A DNA stretch of 64,000 nt from Candidatus Latescibacterota bacterium (GCA_965205975.1 OZ242195.1:128001-192000), one strand, 5' to 3'; shown: positions 1-10,682, numbered from the stretch's first letter. Translations and numbers: made by a program. Notes: generated by a model from the sequence alone, not told the origin.

Positions 1-629
1 TCGCCGATCCCGCCGTAGTGATCCATAATGACGAGATAGGCAATGATGCCGACGAGAATAAATACCGTTGTTTGAAAGGTATTTGCCCAGGCTGTACTTC
101 GCATCCCGCCATAGGTTACGTACAAAAATGTTACGCCACATACGAGCAGACTGCCAGCCCAACTCGGCCACTCACCGCGCGTGATTGCCGCGAGTGCATC
201 ACCGCCACCTTTGACTCCTATCAGGATGTAGGGTAGCATCAACAATACTACGACGGCAAATAAGAGCGTTCCCAGTGCTGGGGATGCATAGCGGTCCCGG
301 ATCATCTGGATTTGGGTGACATAGGAAAATCGTTTGCCCAACCACCAGCTTTTTGTGCCGAGATAATAAAAGAGAAATGGTATCAGAATAGACGAACTCG
401 CGCCCATCAGGCCGAAAACGACAATCCCCAGACGATAGGCTTCTCCAGATGCGCCCAGCATTGTAAATGCAGTGAGATTGGTGCCCAGCAGTGTCATCAG
501 CAGGACCACAGGACCAATGGTTCGGCTTGCGACAAAGTAATCTTCTGCGGTATTGCGAAACAGCCGGTGCCCCAGGGTGCCGACCACTATAACCAGCCCC
601 AGATAAATTGCGACAACCGCAATAATCAT
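1..629 (-). CDS. Sodium:solute symporter family protein (3' end runs off the window)
   Basis: Manual translation from ATG at 629 (overlaps upstream stop as ATGA): MIIAVVAIYLGLVIVVGTLGHRLFRNTAEDYFVASRTIGPVVLLMTLLGTNLTAFTMLGASGEAY; 'EDYFVASR' and 'G..GEAY' are typical SSS N-terminal motifs. Not in the ORF track because it has no stop in the window. Confidence 0.85.
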   Translation of the reverse strand, partial: MIIAVVAIYLGLVIVVGTLGHRLFRNTAEDYFVASRTIGPVVLLMTLLGTNLTAFTMLGASGEAYRLGIVVFGLMGASSSILIPFLFYYLGTKSWWLGKRFSYVTQIQMIRDRYASPALGTLLFAVVVLLMLPYILIGVKGGGDALAAITRGEWPSWAGSLLVCGVTFLYVTYGGMRSTAWANTFQTTVFILVGIIAYLVIMDHYGGIG

Positions 630-841
630 TCCGCATCCTCCGCATCTAAATGATGAGGCCAGGCCAGGCGCACTATTACGAGCATAGAGAGTGTGGTCAG
701 GACGCACAGGCCGATGTGGTAAAGCAAATTGATCGGCAATCCCAGGATTAGTGTGTCGTTATCCCACATCCAGACATTAAAAAATAATATCAGCAGAACG
801 AGCAAAACACTCAGGGGCCAGATTTTTGTCTGTTGTGACAT
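626..841 (-). CDS. Small 2-TM membrane protein (DUF3311/DUF485-like SSS accessory subunit)
   Basis: 71 aa, two hydrophobic segments, 'ILGLP..LLYH' motif, translationally coupled to the SSS gene. Confidence 0.75.
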   Translation of the reverse strand: MSQQTKIWPLSVLLVLLILFFNVWMWDNDTLILGLPINLLYHIGLCVLTTLSMLVIVRLAWPHHLDAEDAE

Positions 842-869
842 GGATTTTTCCTTTTTGTTTTGCTCGGGA

Positions 870-1841
870 TTACGGCCTTTGCGTGCCTTTGGCTTCGAGG
901 TACACTGAGTACAAACACATGCCGCCTGTCATGAAGAGGCGGTTTTTCTTTTGTCCGCCAAAGCAGAGGTTGGAACACACTTCGGGCAGGTGAATTTTGC
1001 CAATGAGGTCGCCATCGGGTGCGAAAATTTTGACGCCGTTATCTTCGGGGTTACCCCAGCCCGAACTGCTCCACAGGTTGCCGTCAATGTCGCAGCGAAT
1101 CCCATCGGCAAATCCGGGTGCCATATCGGCAAAGATGCGACTGTTTTTGAGGTGGCCATTTTCCACGTCAAATGCGCGAATATGTGCGGGGCCTCCCAGT
1201 CCATGAGAGGACCCGGTATCGGTGATGTAGAGAATTTTTTCGTCGGGTGAGAAACACAGCCCGTTGGGGCGCACAAAATCGTCGGCAACGACTGTGGCAT
1301 TTCCAGTGTTGGGATCGAGACGATAGACGTTGGTGGGCAACTCGCTTTCGGCAATGTTGCCTTCGTAGTCGAGCATGATGCCGTATCCCGGATCGGTGAA
1401 CCATATACTGCCATCGGAATGCGAGGTGACGTCATTGGGGGCGTTGAGAGGTTTGCCCTCAAAGCTGTCGATGAGTACGGTGATGGTTCCGTCGTATTCG
1501 GTGCGCGTGACGCGCCGCGTGCCGTGTTCACAGGTAATCAGGCGGCCTGCTTGGTCACGGGTGTGACCATTGCAATAATTGGAAGGTTGACGATAGACGC
1601 TGAGGCTGCCATCGCTTTCGTTCCAGCGCATGATGCGATTGTTGGGTATGTCGCTGAAGAGCACACAACGCGCGTCTCCAAACCACACCGGGCCTTCACC
1701 CCAGCGCAGGCCAGTACAGAGACGCTCGACCGCGGCGTTGCCAATGGCGTATTTTTCAAAGCGTGTGTCCAGAATTTCAATGGCGGGATCGGGATAGGGA
1801 ACAGGGCTGCCGTCCCAGGGACGGGTTTTCCAATCGGACAT
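870..1841 (-). CDS. SMP-30/gluconolactonase/LRE family protein
   Basis: WGEGPVW, FSDIPNNRI, NAPNDV, PNGLCFSPDE, DGIRCD motifs. Confidence 0.93.
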   Translation of the reverse strand: MSDWKTRPWDGSPVPYPDPAIEILDTRFEKYAIGNAAVERLCTGLRWGEGPVWFGDARCVLFSDIPNNRIMRWNESDGSLSVYRQPSNYCNGHTRDQAGRLITCEHGTRRVTRTEYDGTITVLIDSFEGKPLNAPNDVTSHSDGSIWFTDPGYGIMLDYEGNIAESELPTNVYRLDPNTGNATVVADDFVRPNGLCFSPDEKILYITDTGSSHGLGGPAHIRAFDVENGHLKNSRIFADMAPGFADGIRCDIDGNLWSSSGWGNPEDNGVKIFAPDGDLIGKIHLPEVCSNLCFGGQKKNRLFMTGGMCLYSVYLEAKGTQRP

Positions 1842-1856
1842 TTTTTTATCGTGCCT

Positions 1857-2609
1857 CTATTGTCGCTTCAGCGAAAATTCTATCGGCATAAACATCCAGA
1901 CTTTGCGGCGTTCTCCCTGGTGTTTGCCGGGGCGGAATCGATATTGTCGCGCTGCCTCTAATGCCGCTTCTTTGAAAATTTCCGGGCCGTGTACAAACTG
2001 GACATCTTCTACGTTGCCTACCTTGTCAACCAGCACTTTGACCATGGCTTTGCCTTCGAGGCCCTTTTTTCGCGCTTCAGCGGGATATTCCGGCACGACA
2101 ATTCGACTTGGATGTGGTTTGTAGTCAATCTCAGTATAGTCGAGCGGTTCGTCTAAGTCTATCCCCTTTGTCATCGCCAAATTGGGAATAAATATTTTGT
2201 CGAGGTCCAGTTCAGTTGATTCAATTGTCACATCTTCCGGCACCTCGTCGCCTTCAACTGCCAGGGGCACTTGGGGGCGTGGGGGAGGTGGCGGGCGTTT
2301 TTGTTGACTTGTTTCTGGAATATCAACTCTGAGAACCTGGGGAACGGATTGCGTCAGATGTACGGTGGGATGGTATTCTGGATAGAGAAAAACAATGGCG
2401 ATGAAGAGTATGAGATTCAACAGACTCGCGCGCATCATGTTCGGCCAGTAGGGCAGCTTCAAGTCAGCAGAAGGGGTTTTTGTGCGCGTTTCTATCTGAA
2501 CATCGCAGGGCTGGGCAGATAGTCTTTTTTGAAATTCGCGCTGCGCCTGGCGCGCCTGATAAATTTGACCACTTAACGTATTTCCAAATCTAATCTGGAC
2601 GAGGTTCAT
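1857..2609 (-). CDS. TonB-family energy transducer
   Basis: Single TM, Pro-rich linker (RPPPPPRP), TonB C-terminal domain PEYPAEARKKGLEGKAMVKVLVDKVG...YRFRPG. Confidence 0.88.
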   Translation of the reverse strand: MNLVQIRFGNTLSGQIYQARQAQREFQKRLSAQPCDVQIETRTKTPSADLKLPYWPNMMRASLLNLILFIAIVFLYPEYHPTVHLTQSVPQVLRVDIPETSQQKRPPPPPRPQVPLAVEGDEVPEDVTIESTELDLDKIFIPNLAMTKGIDLDEPLDYTEIDYKPHPSRIVVPEYPAEARKKGLEGKAMVKVLVDKVGNVEDVQFVHGPEIFKEAALEAARQYRFRPGKHQGERRKVWMFMPIEFSLKRQ

Positions 2610-2836
2610 GCGTCTCCCGTTTAATAAACAATTTTGATCAGTCAGATATTCTTTAAATTTTCAACGAAGAATAAAGTTCCATTTCCAAGGATCAGAAGGG
2701 CAATAGAGGACAACAATTTATATGAGTCTGTGGCGTTTGTCCAGACGAATCCGTATCAAACCAGTTGTGTTTTGGAGCGATGGATTGTAATATAAAGAGG
2801 ATATTTGGGTTATGACAAAACTTATTGGAGGAAGCA

Positions 2837-3838
2837 ATGAATCGTCAGATTACGCTGGCCGCACGTCCTGAAGGATTTCCCGTACCGGAGGATTTTAAGC
2901 TTGTTGAAACGCCTATTCCAGAACCGGACGAAGGCGAAGTGTTGTCGAGAACGCTGTTTATGTCGGTTGATCCCTATATGCGCGGGCGGATGAATGATCG
3001 GGCATCGTATGCGGCAAATGTGCAAATTGGCGATGTGATGGTGGGAGGTACGGTGGGTGAGGTGGTTGCGTCGAATGATCCCGGTTTTGAAGTTGGCGAT
3101 ATTGTTCAGGCGCAAATTGGATGGCAGGCTTATGGCGTGTCTAAGGGATCGAATTTGCGCAAGGTCAATCCAGATCTCGCACCTGTATCAACGGCTTTGG
3201 GGGTGTTGGGCATGCCGGGACTTACGGCGTACTTTGGATTGTTGGATGTTGGGCAGCCCAAAGAAGGCGAGACTGTGCTGGTGACGGGAGCTGCTGGTGC
3301 TGTGGGATCAATAGTAGGACAAATTGCCAAGATCGTGGGCTGTCGCGTTGTGGGTGTGGCGGGGTCGGATCAAAAGATCGCCCATGTGGTTGACGAGTTG
3401 GGTTTTGACGCCGCTTTCAATTACAAGGAGGTCGATGATTACAGTGCCGAATTGCAACGCCTTTGTCCCGATGGTATTGATGTATTTTTTGATAATGTGG
3501 GTGGCGCAGTTTCCGATGCGGCATTTCCCCTGATGAATGTGCGCGGTCGCATTTCAGTTTGCGGGCAAATATCTCAATACAATTTGACTGCTCCAGAACA
3601 AGGTCCGCGGATGATGTGGTATTTTATTTCGCAAAGATTGACGATGCGCGGTTTTCTGGTTTTTGACTTTGAAGACCAGCACGCCGAAGCTCTTAAGCAG
3701 ATGGCTATTTGGGTCAATGAAGGGCGGATTAAATACCGGGAAGATATCTGGGAGGGGTTGGAGAATGCGCCCGAGGCATTTATCGATATGATGCGGGGTG
3801 GTAATGTTGGGAAGCGCGTCGTAAAGGTGGCAGATTAA
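2837..3838 (+). CDS. NADP-dependent oxidoreductase (MDR superfamily, CurA/prostaglandin reductase-like)
   Basis: LAARPEG, SVDPYMRGRM, GMPGLTAYFGLL, AAGAVGS, FDNVGG, CGQISQYN; ATG at 2837 follows GGAGG. Confidence 0.93.
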   Translation: MNRQITLAARPEGFPVPEDFKLVETPIPEPDEGEVLSRTLFMSVDPYMRGRMNDRASYAANVQIGDVMVGGTVGEVVASNDPGFEVGDIVQAQIGWQAYGVSKGSNLRKVNPDLAPVSTALGVLGMPGLTAYFGLLDVGQPKEGETVLVTGAAGAVGSIVGQIAKIVGCRVVGVAGSDQKIAHVVDELGFDAAFNYKEVDDYSAELQRLCPDGIDVFFDNVGGAVSDAAFPLMNVRGRISVCGQISQYNLTAPEQGPRMMWYFISQRLTMRGFLVFDFEDQHAEALKQMAIWVNEGRIKYREDIWEGLENAPEAFIDMMRGGNVGKRVVKVAD

Positions 3839-3872
3839 CTGCTGGCGCAGTTGTACACCGCTTGAGATAGAT

Positions 3873-4631
3873 ATGACAGATTATCAGGCCGAACATTTTC
3901 ATCGCAATGGATTCTTTTTTGTTCCAAATCCGTTGGGCGATGATGCTATATTTGAGATTGACCAACGCCAGCGCGCGGTTGAACCGGAGTGGTTAAAGGC
4001 CGAGTGGGCAGAGGGGTTTAACCGGGGGGCCTGTCAGTTTTTTATGGTGGGCGAGCCGTTGTTGCAGGCAGTGGAGCGCCCGGAATTTGTGGGTATGGCG
4101 CGGCGAATTTTGGGGTGTGAAGATGTGCATGTGGGCGCGTGCGGGTTGGGCGATGCGTCGAAGGTTGTGTCGGCAGATGGGCGTTTGCTTCAACAAGTCC
4201 ACTGGCACGCGGATGGGGGACCAGATGTACGGCAGGTGTCGATGCGTACGGCATTGGATAGACACGACCCATCCAATGCGCCGTTGCGCGTATTGCCCGG
4301 CACCCATGTCAGGTCCCGCGAGGAGGTCGAAGAAGAATTGCGACAGATCGAAATAGCGACCGGGCAGCACGATGAGATGCCCGAGTTGTTATTTGCCTCA
4401 CATCCCCGCGAAGTAGAAGTGATTCTGGATCCGCGATGGACGCTGGTGTGGACGCCGAGTTGCTGGCATGCGACGGGTGTGAAGACGGCAGCTGGTCCAA
4501 GGCGTGCGATGGCGTGGAATTATTTTCCGAGCGGTGGTCGCAAGCGGGATGTTGAGGCACTGAAGTACGTGATTGAAGGTTGGGAGGATTGGGCCGATGA
4601 TCGGAAGCGGTTATGGGGACTTGTGGCGTGA
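3873..4631 (+). CDS. Phytanoyl-CoA dioxygenase (PhyH) family Fe/2OG oxygenase
   Basis: WHAD (HxD), LRVLPGTH, distal WH, R in 'GPRRA'. Confidence 0.82.
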   Translation: MTDYQAEHFHRNGFFFVPNPLGDDAIFEIDQRQRAVEPEWLKAEWAEGFNRGACQFFMVGEPLLQAVERPEFVGMARRILGCEDVHVGACGLGDASKVVSADGRLLQQVHWHADGGPDVRQVSMRTALDRHDPSNAPLRVLPGTHVRSREEVEEELRQIEIATGQHDEMPELLFASHPREVEVILDPRWTLVWTPSCWHATGVKTAAGPRRAMAWNYFPSGGRKRDVEALKYVIEGWEDWADDRKRLWGLVA

Positions 4632-4642
4632 GTGATCCGCTC

Positions 4643-5788
4643 TTATTTTTGGGATACAGTTATCAGCGCGCCGATGGCATATATTCCACCGCCAATGAGA
4701 AAAATCCAGTCCGATGGCAAATGTACTTGCTGTGTCATCCATCCGAGCACAGGGCCTGTTGCGGAGCCGAGGTCAGATGCTGTTACGTATCCGGCAACTG
4801 AACGCGAACCGCGCATTCCCGCCTCGGCGTGCATTACTACTGTTGCGCCAACACCGCATAAAAAAAATATCATCACGCACAAGATCAACAATCCCGTATT
4901 GGATGTGATTGATGCCGAGAACAGAGCTAATGTCCCGGTGCCAAAATAAATGGCTGCACTCCACCGCCGTCCCAACCGATCGCTGATATGGCCCAGAAAA
5001 GGACCACCGAGCGCGTCAGCAATCCACCGTGAAGATAGCAGCAGGCCGTTTAATGTGGCTACGCCGATGACCATACCCAACAGGTTCAGCGATGTGCCCA
5101 CGGTTTCGACGAGGACCACCCCCAGGGTGGACATTAAAATGCCCGGCCCAACGCACCCGATCACAAATCCGCAAATCATTAATTTGGGTACCCAGCCCGA
5201 GTCCTCGACGCCTTCTTTATTTATATTTTTTTCGAAAACAGCGCGTCGCGCGATCCATCCCAGGGGTGTTCCTATCAACGAGATGATGGCGAATAAAAAG
5301 AGTGTGAGTGTAAATCCAATGATGTCGTGAGCCAGCCCGCCTAAAAAATTGCCTCCCACCGACCCGAGGCGCGATACGCCGTTGTAAAATCCCATCCTTT
5401 GACCGATCATAGATGGCGGCGTGGTATCTACTACGGTCATCAAACCAATCTGACGTATAAATGACCAGGATAATCCCCATAGCATGCGCGCGATAAGCAA
5501 GATGGAAAAAGAGGTGACAATGCCGTAAACGGCAGTCAATACGGCTCCGAGAATCAGGGAACCTGTCATCAAAGCCGTCAGATTATAGCGCTGGCACAAT
5601 TTTTCGGCCAGGGTGTTCGTTATCAGTCGCACCCAGCGATTTACAGAGAGAATGATGCCGACCTGATAAGGCATCAACCCAATTTCGGCATAATGCGTTG
5701 GCAACACGGAGTACAGCATCTGGTCGCCCAGCAGTGAAAATGCCGTAGCCAATGCAATGAATACAACAGCGTGTGACGATTGCATCAT
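4643..5788 (-). CDS. MFS transporter
   Basis: About 12 hydrophobic helices; GHISDRLGRR motif A. Confidence 0.9.
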   Translation of the reverse strand: MMQSSHAVVFIALATAFSLLGDQMLYSVLPTHYAEIGLMPYQVGIILSVNRWVRLITNTLAEKLCQRYNLTALMTGSLILGAVLTAVYGIVTSFSILLIARMLWGLSWSFIRQIGLMTVVDTTPPSMIGQRMGFYNGVSRLGSVGGNFLGGLAHDIIGFTLTLFLFAIISLIGTPLGWIARRAVFEKNINKEGVEDSGWVPKLMICGFVIGCVGPGILMSTLGVVLVETVGTSLNLLGMVIGVATLNGLLLSSRWIADALGGPFLGHISDRLGRRWSAAIYFGTGTLALFSASITSNTGLLILCVMIFFLCGVGATVVMHAEAGMRGSRSVAGYVTASDLGSATGPVLGWMTQQVHLPSDWIFLIGGGIYAIGALITVSQK

Positions 5789-6510
5789 GGATGATGTTCG
5801 ACATTTTCTCCGCGATGCTCGCCGTCGATAAATGCCTGCGTAAATGCCGTTACCTGTGTTATTGCATCTTCCACGAGTGCTGCACCGGCTTCTGCGGTGG
5901 CTTCCAGAGGTTCCTTATCTACTTGATCCTGCATTGCATCGTGGCGCACGTTTTCTGGCCACAGTGCCAGCGCGAATGCCGTTTCAAATTCCTGTGCGTG
6001 TCCCGGATAGCGTTTTGTTTTTAAATTTTGTTCGGCCACATCTTTTGACATGAGATCCCAGTAAGAAGTCCATTGCAGATTTACGTCGGGGCGGTCGATC
6101 TTGAAAAACAACCGCCATTGACCAAATATGCCCCGCAAGGGTGCTACATTGCCGCCGTGACCATTTAGCACAATGACATTTTTTACGCCATGGCGCACCA
6201 GGCTTTCGACTGCGTCGAATAACACGGCCAACCACGACCCGGGTTTGGCTGTCACGGTTCCTTTGTGTACCATGTGGTGTTCGGAGATGCCTACGGCCAT
6301 CGGTACATTGACAATTACCTGGGGATACAATCGTTTGGCGGCCTCCACCGCGACATGGGTTGACGAAGCGGTATCGTGCTCCATTGCCAGGTGCTCTAAA
6401 TGCTGCTCGTTGCTTCCCACCGGAATAATCGCCGTTTGAAATTCTCCGCGTTCCAGTGCTTCCCGAAATTCGCGTCGCGTCAATTTCGCCAGCAGAACTT
6501 GCTCGCTCAT
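5785..6510 (-). CDS. Creatininase / creatinine amidohydrolase family protein
   Basis: PVGSNEQH..HL..EHD, GISEHH, NGHGGN, GHAQEFET. Confidence 0.92.
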   Translation of the reverse strand: MSEQVLLAKLTRREFREALERGEFQTAIIPVGSNEQHLEHLAMEHDTASSTHVAVEAAKRLYPQVIVNVPMAVGISEHHMVHKGTVTAKPGSWLAVLFDAVESLVRHGVKNVIVLNGHGGNVAPLRGIFGQWRLFFKIDRPDVNLQWTSYWDLMSKDVAEQNLKTKRYPGHAQEFETAFALALWPENVRHDAMQDQVDKEPLEATAEAGAALVEDAITQVTAFTQAFIDGEHRGENVEHHP

Positions 6511-6530
6511 CGCGTTTCTCCTTGTGTTAA

Positions 6531-7238
6531 TTAATTTTGTGAATAATACTCCTCGGTCTGGTTAGATGATGCCTCTGTGCCATTTTGTGTCTGGATTAAG
6601 CCCCGCATCGCCCTGTACATGACATAAATCGAAATAGCTGCCCAAACAAATGCAATTGGATATGCCAATATCTCTATGCCGAAATACCGCGCCAATATTC
6701 CCGCATCGGTGCGTTCTGTCTGCATCCACAAATCCGTGCGAAAATCGTATAAACTGTACAAACACAGGACAATGCCTATCCACGTTGCCAACACATGGGA
6801 TAAACGATCAAATCGAATCGTTACGACAATCAGTACGAGACCGCAGGTCACGCCAAACCAAAAATCGAGTGTCCCAAATGGTGTGTACAGTACAGCCATT
6901 CCAATTTGCAGAACACCGATCAATCCGAGCAATATTCTTTGCGTGCCCAGCCATCGGCCCGTGTAAATCAACAATGCACCAAGAAAAGCCGATCCCACAT
7001 AACCCGCTGAACTGATGAGTGGAAATATTCCCCCTCGGCTGATCACATGCCCCGATTCATTCCACCGCACGCGCAGTTCCTCTACTTCTCCACCTGTTGC
7101 AATCGCCATGCTCGCATGGCCCATTTCGTGTATCCATACCACAAATACGCGAAAGGGTTTTATCACGGGTGTGTCCCACAATGCCAGCGCGACAACCGCC
7201 AATAGCAGATGCAGCCAGAATGTTCTTATTATGATCAT
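6531..7238 (-). CDS. Peptidase M50B-like membrane metalloprotease
   Basis: HEMGH zinc motif, SAGYVG, 'TDAGILA' in a multi-TM protein. Confidence 0.85.
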   Translation of the reverse strand: MIIIRTFWLHLLLAVVALALWDTPVIKPFRVFVVWIHEMGHASMAIATGGEVEELRVRWNESGHVISRGGIFPLISSAGYVGSAFLGALLIYTGRWLGTQRILLGLIGVLQIGMAVLYTPFGTLDFWFGVTCGLVLIVVTIRFDRLSHVLATWIGIVLCLYSLYDFRTDLWMQTERTDAGILARYFGIEILAYPIAFVWAAISIYVMYRAMRGLIQTQNGTEASSNQTEEYYSQN

Positions 7239-7251
7239 TCCCAATGCAAAC

Positions 7252-8226
7252 CTATCGTCCGGATTCCAGATTCACGGAAACAGCGTCCAATTTATCTCGC
7301 AGTTCGGGATCCAGACCCCATCCCACGCCTCCGATATTGTCTTCTAAATGCGCGACGGTGTCGCCACCTGTAATTGCCACGGTTACTTCGGGATGCGACA
7401 GGACCCAGGATAGGGCGACTTGTCCCGGTGTTTTGTCCAGTTCATCTGCGATATCAAATAGGGTTGTTAGCACTTTTCCCTCTGCGCCCGCCATCATGGT
7501 TTCGTATTGGTTCATTCGGCGTTTTGCCCATAGTGAACCTTCTGGAGGTGGTGCGTCGGGTTTGTAAAACCCGCTCAATAGTCCCACGGCTAATGGACTG
7601 TAAACCATTATTCCCAGACCCTCGCTTCGCACAAAGGGAAAAATTTCTCGCTCCAATGCGCGGTGTAGCAGATTGTATGGATTTTGCATGCACATATAAG
7701 GTGCCAGATTCAATGTGTGTTGAATCCAGAGGGCTTTGCACGCTTGCCATGCCGAATGGTTACAACACCCGATATAGCGCACTTTGCCCTGATGTACCAG
7801 GTCGTCCAATGCGCGTGCGGTTTCTTCAATCGGTGTCGATTCATCGAAGTTATGCACGAGATACACGTCGATGTGATCAGTGTCCAACCGGTTCAGCGAT
7901 CGCTCTACTTCCCGCATGATGTGATAGCGGGATAGACCCTGATCATTTGGTCCTGTATCGATGCGGCTAAATACTTTTGAGGTGATTACCACATCGTCTC
8001 GTTTGCCCTTCAAAGCTTTGCCCAACACCACTTCCGAACGCCCGATATGCGTGCGATCATCACCTGGACCATAGGTATTGGCGCAGTCGATCAGGTTGAT
8101 ACCCAGGTCTATCGCCCGCTCAATAACCCTTTGTCCTTCCGCCTCGTCTGCCTGTCCGCGAAATCCCAGGCCCAGTGCCAGCCGACTTACTTTTACACCC
8201 GCTGAACCAAAGTTGACATATTCCAT
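7252..8226 (-). CDS. Aldo/keto reductase
   Basis: IDCANTYG, TSKV, SLNRLDTDHIDVYLVH, GKVRYIGC, YSPLAVGLL. Confidence 0.95.
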   Translation of the reverse strand: MEYVNFGSAGVKVSRLALGLGFRGQADEAEGQRVIERAIDLGINLIDCANTYGPGDDRTHIGRSEVVLGKALKGKRDDVVITSKVFSRIDTGPNDQGLSRYHIMREVERSLNRLDTDHIDVYLVHNFDESTPIEETARALDDLVHQGKVRYIGCCNHSAWQACKALWIQHTLNLAPYMCMQNPYNLLHRALEREIFPFVRSEGLGIMVYSPLAVGLLSGFYKPDAPPPEGSLWAKRRMNQYETMMAGAEGKVLTTLFDIADELDKTPGQVALSWVLSHPEVTVAITGGDTVAHLEDNIGGVGWGLDPELRDKLDAVSVNLESGR

Positions 8227-8248
8227 AAAATCTACTCCCGTTAATTAT

Positions 8249-9529
8249 TCATATTTTCGCCAATAAGCCTGGTGCGAGTTTATCCCTTGTTTTATGTGCC
8301 CAGGCTTGCAGGTGGGTTTTCAAATTTGCAACGGTTTCAGAGCTTGCCATCTCTTGCCAGCGGTTTTGCCGTTCACCCGGGTCGCTGGGCAAGTGATAAA
8401 GTTCGGGTTTTCTAACGGTTGACAAAATCAGTTTCCAATCGTCTGATACCACACACCGCTCTTCTCCTTTATCGAGTTCGGGCTGATTGGGGCCTTCGCT
8501 TTTTTTATCGATAAATGGCGTATTTACTATGACGAGTGCCTCGCGTCCTGTTTTGCCATCCTGTCGGATTGAATCGCTGAGGTCTATGCCATCAAGGCCC
8601 TCGGAGACTGCATACCCCAGGAGGCCGAGGATTGTCGGTATCAAATCGACCGAACTGATGAGAGTTTCACCGATTCCACCGCTGGCAATTGCCGCGGGGA
8701 ATCGCATCAGCAGGGGAATGCGCGCGACAATGTCATAACAGAGGCGTTTGCTGTGGTCATTCCACCGGTGGTCAAAGAGGTGACCGTGTTCGGAGGTAAA
8801 GACGACGAGGGTATTGTCTGCTATTCCTTTGTCATCGAGTGTTTTCAACAGGTCGCCAACTGCATCGTCAATCGCTGTACACATCGCGTAGTATTTGCGC
8901 CGTTTTTCGTCATTGGGGTAGAGCTTCTGATAAAGTAATTCGTATTTTTCGGGGGCAGAATAAGGTGGATGAGGAGGATAATAGGACACATAAGCACAGA
9001 ATGGACGTGTGTCCTCTTTGCGAATAAAATCAATGGCGTCTTGTGCCAACACATCCGTTTGATACACTTTTTTCTTGCCGATGGTGTAATAATGCCCTTG
9101 TCCCCGACCATCGCGGGGATATGTGGGCATTGTCTCCCATGCGTCTCTCGATGGATCTCCCAGATGCCATTTGCCAAAGTAGGCACACCGATATCCCACA
9201 GCTTTGAGGAAATCGGGAAAAAGCGGTATTTCTGGATCTATATCCCAGGTGTTTTCGAGCACACCGTGATTGTGCGGATAAAGGCCCGAGAAAATTGTGC
9301 CGCGATTTGGCGCGCAGACGGGTTGTGCGGCATAAGCTCTGTCAAATCGCATTCCGTCCGATGCCAACCGATCCAGATTGGGTGTTATAATGCCCTTTTT
9401 TCCATAACATCCCACGCCATCCTGGCGCTGTTGGTCCGTTAAGATGAATAGCAGATTGGGTTTTGGCTCTGCGGTAGCCGTGCTGCCAACTGATCCTGAG
9501 AAGTCTCTGCGCGATACATTTTGTGCCAT
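8249..9529 (-). CDS. Cys-type (formylglycine-dependent) sulfatase
   Basis: PNLLFILTDQQR, CAPNR (CxPxR), GKWHLG, PPHPPY, SEHG; start at ATG 9529 after GGAG. Confidence 0.93.
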   Translation of the reverse strand: MAQNVSRRDFSGSVGSTATAEPKPNLLFILTDQQRQDGVGCYGKKGIITPNLDRLASDGMRFDRAYAAQPVCAPNRGTIFSGLYPHNHGVLENTWDIDPEIPLFPDFLKAVGYRCAYFGKWHLGDPSRDAWETMPTYPRDGRGQGHYYTIGKKKVYQTDVLAQDAIDFIRKEDTRPFCAYVSYYPPHPPYSAPEKYELLYQKLYPNDEKRRKYYAMCTAIDDAVGDLLKTLDDKGIADNTLVVFTSEHGHLFDHRWNDHSKRLCYDIVARIPLLMRFPAAIASGGIGETLISSVDLIPTILGLLGYAVSEGLDGIDLSDSIRQDGKTGREALVIVNTPFIDKKSEGPNQPELDKGEERCVVSDDWKLILSTVRKPELYHLPSDPGERQNRWQEMASSETVANLKTHLQAWAHKTRDKLAPGLLAKI

Positions 9530-9650
9530 ATCAACTCCCATCACACTTCACCAATCTCTTGCCAATATTATCACCTCGCAGCATATTGAATTTGAATATT
9601 TTTTTTTGCCATAAAAATAATGCCCCTGATTTTGCGGTGGTTTGGATATC

Positions 9651-10682
9651 TCACTCTGCATAAACAGCTTCCCGCAAGCCCTTCAAATATCCGACGGCAA
9701 ATAGCCGCGCGATGCCGTGCGCGTCCCCAAATTGATCATCTCCCATTTTGGGATAGTGATCTGGCCGGCACACGCCGTCAAATCCGACGTCTCGATATGC
9801 GCGCAAACATTCGACGAGGTCCGTTTTGCCATCGTCGTGAAATGCTTCTTCAAATTTATCGGGCTGACCGACAACATCTCGGATGTGTAAAAAGTGGATT
9901 TTTTTCTGTTCGCCAAAGTGCCGGATGACCGAGGGCAAATCGTCTGTCATCAGTGTAAAATTGCCCTGACAAAGCCCAATGCCATTCATCGGACTCGGTA
10001 CGATGTCAACGAGTTTTTGGTAGTTTTCTACGCTGCTCATAATGCGCGCAATGCCGCGGATGGGCGATAGCGGTGGGTCGTCGGGGTGCAGGGCCAGTTT
10101 GACGTTGGCTTCTTCGGCTACGGGTACAACGCGCTCGAGAAAATACTTCAGATTGGTCCACTGTTGTTCCTCTGTCACGGTTTCCGCCGAGGGATTCTCT
10201 TGCTCGGTTATCGGCACGCCGTCAATATTGTGTATGGGGCGCTCGGCAGGGTTGCCCTGTGATTCCAGTGCTTCGAGATCAAAGCCGCTTACATGCGCGC
10301 CGCCCCGAGATGAAATGGATCGGGATGTACGCATGACCCCCAGAATGGGCATCCACGCATAACACCACACGGGGATTTCGAGTTTGCCCATGTTCCGGAG
10401 CAGTTCACAGACCACTTCAATTTCCTCGTCTCGTCCGGGCAATCCCAGTTTTATATTTTCCATGGGCGGTCGCGATTCAATGACCTCAAGAGGTATTCCG
10501 GCCGCTTCGTAAGCGGCTTTTGCTTTTGCCAGCGATGTGTAACTCCAGGGCTGTTCTTCTGGCTCTGCGTCCGGTTTTGGGCGCAATGTTATGCCTCCAA
10601 CCGCGCCTTCGACCCCGCATTGTTTCATGAGTGTCCATCGCTGACTGGCTTGTGGCGGTGCCAGGATAGCAATTCTCAACAT
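9651..10682 (-). CDS. uxuA: Mannonate dehydratase
   Basis: YFLERVVPVAEEANVKLALHPDDPP, GIGLCQG, IHFLHIRD, RPDH, FAVGYLKGL. Confidence 0.9.
   Translation of the reverse strand: MLRIAILAPPQASQRWTLMKQCGVEGAVGGITLRPKPDAEPEEQPWSYTSLAKAKAAYEAAGIPLEVIESRPPMENIKLGLPGRDEEIEVVCELLRNMGKLEIPVWCYAWMPILGVMRTSRSISSRGGAHVSGFDLEALESQGNPAERPIHNIDGVPITEQENPSAETVTEEQQWTNLKYFLERVVPVAEEANVKLALHPDDPPLSPIRGIARIMSSVENYQKLVDIVPSPMNGIGLCQGNFTLMTDDLPSVIRHFGEQKKIHFLHIRDVVGQPDKFEEAFHDDGKTDLVECLRAYRDVGFDGVCRPDHYPKMGDDQFGDAHGIARLFAVGYLKGLREAVYAE

Noticed and set aside
5785..6510. Mycofactocin peptidase MftE
   Set aside because: No mftABC precursor or radical SAM genes nearby; generic creatininase family
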